Source: Octopus vulgaris
Lineage: Eukaryota
Assembly: GCA_951406725.2 (NCBI GenBank)
Contig: OX597815.1
Coordinates: 131,502,001-131,566,000, forward strand
Direction of reading: 5' to 3'
Length of the DNA: 64,000 bases
This document shows, piece after piece, positions 56,121 to 64,000 of this stretch (the first letter of the stretch is position 1; every line of letters starts with the position of its first letter). The position numbers and the translations under genes are program-made. Under the pieces are notes generated by a model. The model was not told where the DNA came from, ran no database searches, and worked only from the letters and a program-made list of their open reading frames with translations.

Positions 56121-57075
56121 ATTAATGATTAAAAGATATTACTTTACGTCGGTAATGCATTTCTTATTGTATAAGATGCTTTCTTATAGGAATTATCTTA
56201 CAAATTTCAGATATTTTCGAAGGGAACTTTTGCTGTGTGTATCTGCATTTTCTTGTTACTTTTAGTAAAATTATTTGATACATAACAGATGTTCCAGCTT
56301 GTTTTATGCGCAAACATTTCCCAGCCGGTCATTCTTACACGATTTTAGTTGAATATTTAATGCAGTATGGTCACAAGGAACATCATTTTAAATTCTGTTT
56401 ATTGTTTTATTATCTCAAATCCACAACATTAATTATAAGGTTAAATAATAATTGAAGACCCAGCTGCTAAAAGTATGTAAGTTATATTGATTTTCTGGTT
56501 ACTTAGGCAGCTTTAGCACTTGAATTTTCAATATAATTCTTAGAAGATGAGGAATATATATTTTCTTCATTTGGAAAAGATCAAGTCTAAAATATTTTGA
56601 AACTTACATTGTCTAATTACGTAAAATCGATATCATACACTGAATCTTAATGAAAAAGTAGTTTGTAGAAAATCATTAAAAATATTTGGAAACCTACTCA
56701 AATCGATAACATGCACAAGATCTTAATGAAAAAGAAGTTTCTAGAAAATTTCTTTAAATGCAATTGACAGGAAAATAAAAGGCAGGTGGAGGAACATAAA
56801 CGATGGAAGTGATATTGGCTCTGGATTAGATACAATTTTTGGGTAAGGGTTTGCTCTATACTTTTGACCGGTACTTTAGTTTACCAATTCCATAGGATGT
56901 TGCAACGTTTTTCTTTCAGGTAAGGTTTTCTGGTTTTTAATTTAATTTAAAATTCACAATATATACACATTAAATGACACAAAGAGTGAAAAATAAACAA
57001 AAAAATCCCTTGTAGTTTATAAAGAAAGCTGATGTGGCTTTTCAATAGACACATACGTGCGCTCGCGTAAACAGT

Positions 57076-57131
<56 letters not shown>

Positions 57132-57479
57132 TTGAGTTTGCTTTTGCGGTTCATATCTATCTACACAATCTTGTGGCCTCATGACAAAGTTAGAAATTTA
57201 TATTATTGAGGTTGATAAATTAGAGAGCGTAATCCATTAAACACCTGAAAATGTCTTAAAACGTTGTGTTACATCATATCAAGTTTACTGTTCATTTACC
57301 ACCAACATTGATTTTGCTATTAATTTGTCCGCGTTCATAAAATATGTTCTATAGATGTGTAGGAGTCAAAAAATAATGGAATTTACTCGTGTCCAAAATA
57401 TTGTTGTTTTGCGCTAAGGTTAGAAAAACTAATTGTAACATAGCCATAAATTTATTGATAGATTGATTTATAATCAATA

Positions 57480-59880
57480 AATATTGATTCCGGTTTGATT
57501 TTAGTACTTATTTTATTGATCCTGGGGTAGAATAAAGAATGGCAGAATCAAAACTTTGTTAAAATTTGGACTTACGGTATAAAAGGACATACCTAAACAA
57601 TTACAGACAATTAGTCTAGGGTTGCACAGGTTCTATAAAAACGCATAAAAATCAATGTAGTTTGCGCTGGGAGATCACCCAATCACCAATACTTCTGATA
57701 CTGAGACAAAGTCATAGCTGGGATTTATATTGCCGTTTAAATTAACGCCTATTATCATATACGAGGCCGTATTTACTGCGAGAACACTTCGTTCTGTTAT
57801 ATAGAATCATAACTTCACTGGTACTTTATTTTCTCGATCTCAAAATCAAGAAAGGCAAAGACGATGCATTTGGGATTCGAATTAGGAACTTAAAGGGACG
57901 CAACTAAATATCACTAGACACTTCTTCCAGTACTCTATTGGTTTTGTCATTCACCACTCGTTCACCAATAACAATCGTTAATAACTTAGACATAAGGACA
58001 CATATTTTGGGAGACAGTTATGAAACCCTTTACGATGAAAGTTAAAGTCGGCCGGGGTAAAATTAGTATTTTCCCTGAGTCTTTAGTGATTCCATCATTC
58101 ATTCCTCTACAACAATAATGTTTTCTAAATTATTTTCTACTCTATGCACAAGACCCGAAACTTTTGAGGAAGGGATCAGTCGATTAGATCGATCCCAGAA
58201 CGCAACTGGTACTTAATTTATCGACCCCGAAAGGATGAAAGGCAAAGTCGACCTCGGCGGAATTTGAACTCAGTACGTAAAGACAGGCGAATATAATGTT
58301 TTCTAAATTAAGAGGAAAGCCAGTAATGTTAACGAATTGGTGATAATGTCGTTATTCTATCAATATTGGGAAGATGAAAGGCAAATTTAACCTCGACGAG
58401 ATGTGAAATTATAACATAGGAGTCATTAAATTCCACAACTATACTGCCTTTTGCTTGACAGTCTGTCGAATGGTTCTATCAAATTACACATGTCTTGATT
58501 ATGTGTACTTATTTTGTCGACCAAGATATGGTGAAAGGCAAAAGTAACCTCGTCTAGAATTGACCTGATATACAGCTAAAGAACAAAAGACAAGACTTCT
58601 TTGTTAATTAGTTATGATAATGAACATTAAGTAATTATGACAACATATCATAATTGCATAGAGAAAAGTTTTAGATTAAGAAGCGTTCTTATCATTCTCA
58701 AGAGTATTATCAAAATGAGTAATATCAAAATAATTTAAACCAGTAATTTTAACGCTGTACACAGCAGTTTTAAACTTTCTATAATGATACAGTGTCAGAA
58801 TTCATTAAATTCTAAATAACTTTTAGATTCTAAATAACTTTTTGATACATTCAAAACAATATTGTATTGTTTCTCATATTGCGTAAATAAATTTAATTTT
58901 GGCAAACGGCAGTAATTTTAAAGAAGGAGCAAAACTATTATATTGACCCCCACCCCTATTGCTCAACTGTGCCTTATTTTATCGACCCCAAAAAGATGAA
59001 GAGCAAAGCCAACTTCAGTGGTATTTGAAATCAGGCAGGAAAGAGCCTGAAGGAATCCCGCCAAACATTTTGTCCGATACTTTGATACTTTGATAGGTTT
59101 CGTCCATTATTGGCCCAGGCCATGTCTAACTTAATAGCACCAAATTCTGCTAAAAATTCTGCGAATTCACCACTTTATATATATCAAATAATAGTTTGTC
59201 ACATTATAATGTAAAAACTGTTCTTCATTTATCGAATTCTCCGCATGGTTCAAAATATAACTTTTATCTTAATTCATTTCTAATATTGTCAAAAATCCAC
59301 ATATCTGTATGGGGTGTTGATTGTTGTTTTGTAGGAACGTGAGTATATGACTAGTACAGTTTGATTGAACTGACTGGGAGGACGAAAATTAAGATCAGTC
59401 ACAGATCATTGTAGAACTTGTAAAGAGCATTGAATATTAAGTGGTTTCAAATTTTGGCACCAAGCCAGCAATTTCAGGGATGGGGCTAAGTCGATTATAT
59501 TAACCCTTGTGCTCGTTTGTTACTTATTGACTCCGAAAGTATGAATAATAAAGTAGAACTCGGCAGACTGTTAAATATTTATTGGAATGCATTTTGTAAA
59601 GTATATTCAATGCACATTCGTAATAACCGTAAAACAAATATGTACTTCACGTAATGACTTTACTAAATCTGCTGCAAAGGCAATGAGGTGGCAGAATCTT
59701 TAGCACGCAGGATAAAATACTTCGCGGATTGTTTTTCGGTTTTACGTTCTCATTTCGGATGTCGCTGAGTATGACTTTGCCTTTCGTCGTTTTGAAGTAA
59801 ATAAAATAAGAACAAGTTGAGCACTAGAGTCGATGTAATCGATTTTACTCATCCTTCAAATTCACTGGCTTTGTGCCAAG
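57480..59880. mobile_element. Cluster of about 7 further degenerate family-A SINE remnants
   Basis: Recurrent gatgaaaggcaaagtc-like cores near 57850, 58035, 58375, 58530, 58995, 59540 (minus) and 59775 (plus). Confidence 0.65.
58133..58292 (-). mobile_element. 5'-truncated SINE family A with a perfect 18-bp TSD
   Basis: ataatgttttctaaatta at 58115-58132 and at 58293-58310. Confidence 0.92.
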
Positions 59881-59992
59881 ATAAGATTGGCATATTATAT
59901 TCGCTGCATTAAATCAAAACTTTTCTGCACATTTTGCACAAACCCAACATGAATAAATATTTATAGAAAAACTTTATCTTGACAATCTAGTC

Positions 59993-60294
59993 CAGTGGTT
60001 CCAACACTTTCTCGGACTGCCGCCCCTTGACACTCGGGCCGCATTCTTAGCGTTCCTACCCCGCCCACCACGACAAACGTAGACCACATTCTGCAGCAAA
60101 TTCAAAACAATAGTATTTCACAAATAAAACTTAATCTAATTAACCCTTTATTTCTTTTTTTTTTTTGGTGGGGGTGGTTTTTACATCCATCGGCCCTCTT
60201 AGTCACCCTATTATTGCCCCACTTTTCTTCAACGCCTTTCTTGATGTTTCCACCATATACAGATTGGTAGTACCGCCCATTTTGGGAGCCACTG
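59993..60294. mobile_element. hAT-type MITE
   Basis: Termini cagtggttcc / ggagccactg; 8-bp TSD-like flanks atctagtc / atttagac. Confidence 0.7.
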
Positions 60295-61164
60295 ATTTAG
60301 ACGAAATATAACTCTATTAAACAGAGAAAATGTAAATTGTATGAATTAAATGTCATTAAACATGAAAAGTATTGGTCCACTTGATTTAGAATTTACTTCC
60401 GAATCTGAACGATTTCCGTCTTTTTCGAAGTCAAAATACTTTAGAAATGGTCAGAACGTTTACTTCGCTTTGAATGTCAGGGGTTTGCTATGGGTCTGAG
60501 TAGAGTACAACTTATTAGATTATCACTCACTGGTGCATCCATACATACACCCCACTTCACACAAACGCATACACATAGAGTTGCATATAAAGCACACAGA
60601 GAGATATGCACCACCATACATATGTGTGCGTTGAAGTATTGTGTTGTTATAGCAACAGGTGAGGCTTGATGGAGCAGGCCATGTCGTCCAAATATCTAAA
60701 GAACATAAACGAGGAGCTGCTGAAGACATTTAAGGGTATGGTTTTTAAGGCTCGGTTGGAGATTTAAATATCCGAGTTCATTTACAGGTCTTAGAAAAAC
60801 CGAAGGACTACTACAATAAATGTGTGAATCTGAGAGATTAAGTTGAATAAAATCATATTTAATTGATCCTCCGGCATTTTCTTTTACCCAAAGCCAGAAA
60901 CTTTTCAGCACGCCCTTGTATTAATAAATAAATTCATACATTTATCTATAAGCATACATACACAGATACATACACAAGCACACATACAGACACGAACACA
61001 AATATATACATGTATGTTCGCGTGTCAGTCTGCGTGTGCGATTATTCATATAGCTGTATTTCGTTAATTATATATAAATCATGCCTTCTATCTACCCAAA
61101 GATGGTAATATATAAATAAATGCATTCATACACATTCATTTATATACATATTATACACACGCTT

Positions 61165-61235
<71 letters not shown>

Positions 61236-61319
61236 GATCCAGATGAACACGGTACTTAAGTTGAGGTACCAGAATTTAGTACGGTATTATCCATACAATT
61301 TCAAAATAGGGTGATTAAA

Positions 61320-61632
61320 ATCAAAATAAGCAACAAGTATATCCAGAGATAATGCTGTACGATCGTTTCATGCAACTCTATTTAATTGAACAATGCAATT
61401 ATTACATCAATTTAAAATGTAGAGCATCTTCAGCTGCACACAGACATAGTATAATGTGTCCATTTGCATAATGTATCCATCTGTTCTAATTTAATTAAAT
61501 TCTATGTCTTTGTGCAGCTGAAGATCACTCTACATTTTAAATTGATGTAATGAATGCATTGTGCAATTCAATGGGGTTATATGAAACAATCGTACTGCAT
61601 TACCTCTGGATATTCTTGTTTCTTGTTTTGAT
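61320..61632. repeat. Fold-back inverted repeat (arms about 130 bp, spacer about 50 bp)
   Basis: 61320-61449 is the reverse complement of 61502-61632 with some divergence. Confidence 0.92.
61513..61599 (+). ncRNA. Type I hammerhead motif with long stem II; mirror copy on the minus strand at 61353-61438
   Basis: tgcag-CTGAAGA-[58 nt]-GAAAC-aatc-GTA-ctgca; the mirror copy has a palindromic GAAAC-GATC-GTA. Confidence 0.65.
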
Positions 61633-61864
61633 ATATATATATGGGAGGTTATGAGAGATAATGGTGTCATTGAGACCAAAGGTGTCAAGCAATGCTGAAT
61701 AAGTGCTATAGATAGACCATGGTTAAGTTCCAGGTTCGGTGATTATGCGAATAAGGGGTTCAACGTAGGTCATATATCAGCATGGGTATATGAAACATTT
61801 TTTTTCGTAATCAGATAAAAAAAACCCAAGGCTGTGTAGGTTTTAGAACATTTATAGATAGAAG

Positions 61865-61912
61865 GTCTTACAGCTGTTTCCAGGACGTTTATTATATCCC
61901 TTCGTCGGAGAC
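61865..61912 (-). ncRNA. Type I hammerhead-like motif (core CCGACGA)
   Basis: Minus strand gtct-CCGACGA-agggatataataaacgtcctg-GAAAC-AGCT-GTA-agac. Confidence 0.6.
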
Positions 61913-62189
61913 GGTGTGAGAGGTTGTTTAAGTAATAGTTAATTTAGATAAGATACGAAATAGAGAGTGAGGTGGAGGAATGAAAATAGATATGAGATAT
62001 ATAGGGATATTTTATTTGCAGTAGCCCCAGCGAGGTCACAACCTCGAGGCTGAAACATATAATAGGATATGTATATATATATATATTAATTAATAAATTT
62101 TTGGGTAGCAAAAAATTCTAGAAAAATTCTCCGCTACCAGCGGTCAAGTGAGAAAGAAAAAATAGTCAATAGACTACGTAATATACATT

Positions 62190-62449
62190 CAAAAATATAA
62201 GGGATGGCCATAATAGGACATCCGACTCACTAGAAAGAGCAGTTAAACTCCAAACCACTAATAGTTGTAATTCTGAAATGGAAAGAGAAATAAAACGTTT
62301 ACCCTATCTTTTCTGCATAGTCCAGAAAGGATAGGGTAAACGTTTTTATTTCTCTTTCAATTTCAGAATTACAACTATTAATGGTTTGCAGTTTAACTGC
62401 TCTTTCTAGTGAGTCGGATGTCCTATTATGGCCATCCCTTATATGTTTG
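62190..62449. repeat. Near-perfect hairpin (arms about 125 bp), part of the 22160 family
   Basis: tataagggatggccataataggacatccgactcactagaaagagc... vs ...gctctttctagtgagtcggatgtcctattatggccatcccttata. Confidence 0.95.
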
Positions 62450-62452
62450 TAT

Positions 62453-62512
<60 letters not shown>

Positions 62513-62586
62513 TTGTATATATATGTATGTATATGTATGCATGCATGTATATATATTTGCATATATATATATGTATATGTATGCAT

Positions 62587-62626
<40 letters not shown>

Positions 62627-62629
<3 letters not shown>

Positions 62630-62936
62630 GAAGTATATTTGCCACTAAATGTGGCGGACCCATAGCGAACGATGCTACAGTTGTTTATAGCCCCAGGAAG
62701 ACATCTCCTCCATCTGGCTAACGACTCATTGTCTGTGTCCGATTAATATTTATGAAGAGAAATCATCGTTCCCATCTCGCGATTCCGTGCTGCTACTGTT
62801 TACGTCTCGCTCAGAGATTTATTATTGCTCGTTTCTCCTGTTTCGAGATCAGCGACAGTTTTTCACTGGAAAAAGGCATATAGTACTTTGTGTTTGGAAT
62901 GAGTTCTCATCGCTAGCTGGTGATTGTCACGTCACA
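62627..62936. mobile_element. Possible solo LTR
   Basis: 310-bp segment bounded by TGTGA...TCACA; no clear TSD. Confidence 0.3.
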
Positions 62937-63018
62937 GGCTAATGACGGGTTACTATTCAGAAACCCAAGTCCGTGTGTATCACGTAAGGTTATCTCTATC
63001 TCCCAACCGAAACACACA

Positions 63019-63096
<78 letters not shown>

Positions 63097-63552
63097 CCAC
63101 AATACATATGCATAGGATACAAGGGAAAAGCTTCTATGTGGTTGATGAAACTGTTAGAAACAGCAACAAAATGTCGCTGAAATGTAAATATAAACATTCT
63201 ACGGTTTTTAAATTACTTTGTTTCATAGGATAATGTCATCTCCAAATATTGTAGAACAGCAAACTTCGACAGATATTATAGTATTGGAATTCTATGAACA
63301 AGTTCATTATCAGCTGAGCCAGATATTGTATCTGAAGTATACATAAATAATTTAGCAACTGACATCATACAGAGGTTGGATCGAGGAATACTTCCACGGA
63401 ATGCATATGCAACTATCTACAAATTAGAAATGTGGACAGATTTACTTTATGCAAGAGATGCCTTCAGATGCAAACACCGACATACACACATATTTGCGCA
63501 TGTATTTTCACAGAGATACGTACACAAACACACATTCGTACACACACACACA

Positions 63553-64000
63553 TACAGTGTGCAGTGAACAAATTGTCACCTAAATTACACAAAACTGAAA
63601 ATAACACTGACGTCTCAGATATATTTTCCAAAATTGCATAAAAAAGTATCTTGAAATACTAAAGCGTAACTTTATTCAATAACATCGCCATTAGCTTCAA
63701 CCACGGCATCTAGATGACTTTGGAATCTCCTGCTACTCTTCTGGACCGACTCCTTGTTCAAGCTGGCGAATGCTGCCATAATCCTTGCCTTCAGTTCATC
63801 TTTGGTGTTACAAGGATTTTGTTGGTCTCTCGCTCAACTGCGCCCCACACATACCAATCAAGCGCGTTACAGTCTGCGGAGTTAGGTTGCCAGATGTTAG
63901 GTGTAACGTCGCAGAAATTGTCAGACAACCATAACTAGCTTTTCCTACTTGTGTACCATAGTGCAGAATCCTGTTGCCAGACATTGGGCAGCACTACCAC
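63553..64000 (-). mobile_element. Tc1/mariner-superfamily (DDxD, maT-like) transposon 3' end with degenerate transposase, running off the window
   Basis: Minus strand WQQDSA..WLSDNF..IWQPNSADCNALDWYVWGAVERETN..ELKARIMAAF..LDAVVEANGDVIE*; terminus TA|cagtgtgc at about 63553. Confidence 0.88.

Noticed and set aside
60640-60720. RTE fragment (L..AGHVV)
   Set aside because: Too short to call reliably

Overview
This is AT-rich, repeat-saturated animal genomic DNA that looks intronic or intergenic. The SINE families and dense (TA)n/(TAA)n/(CA)n arrays suggest an octopod cephalopod, which is an inference. I cannot support any intact host gene, and most listed ORFs are microsatellite artefacts. The recognisable coding remnants are all from transposons: R4/Dong-type restriction-like-endonuclease LINEs stacked in (TAA)n (29.6-34.8 kb, 39.4-41.1 kb, plus fragments), a Penelope-like element (PLE; RT + GIY-YIG) with inverted pseudo-LTRs (44.7-47.1 kb), an older PLE apparently split by the Dong elements, fragments of CR1/L2-group, HERO-like and RTE LINEs, a Tc1/mariner transposase, MITEs, a Helitron-like element and more than 20 tRNA-derived SINEs. 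The most notable hidden signal is a set of at least six type I hammerhead-ribozyme motifs. They lie in different short non-coding repeats, several arranged as long fold-back inverted repeats next to (TA)n, and are probably non-autonomous PLE-derived units.
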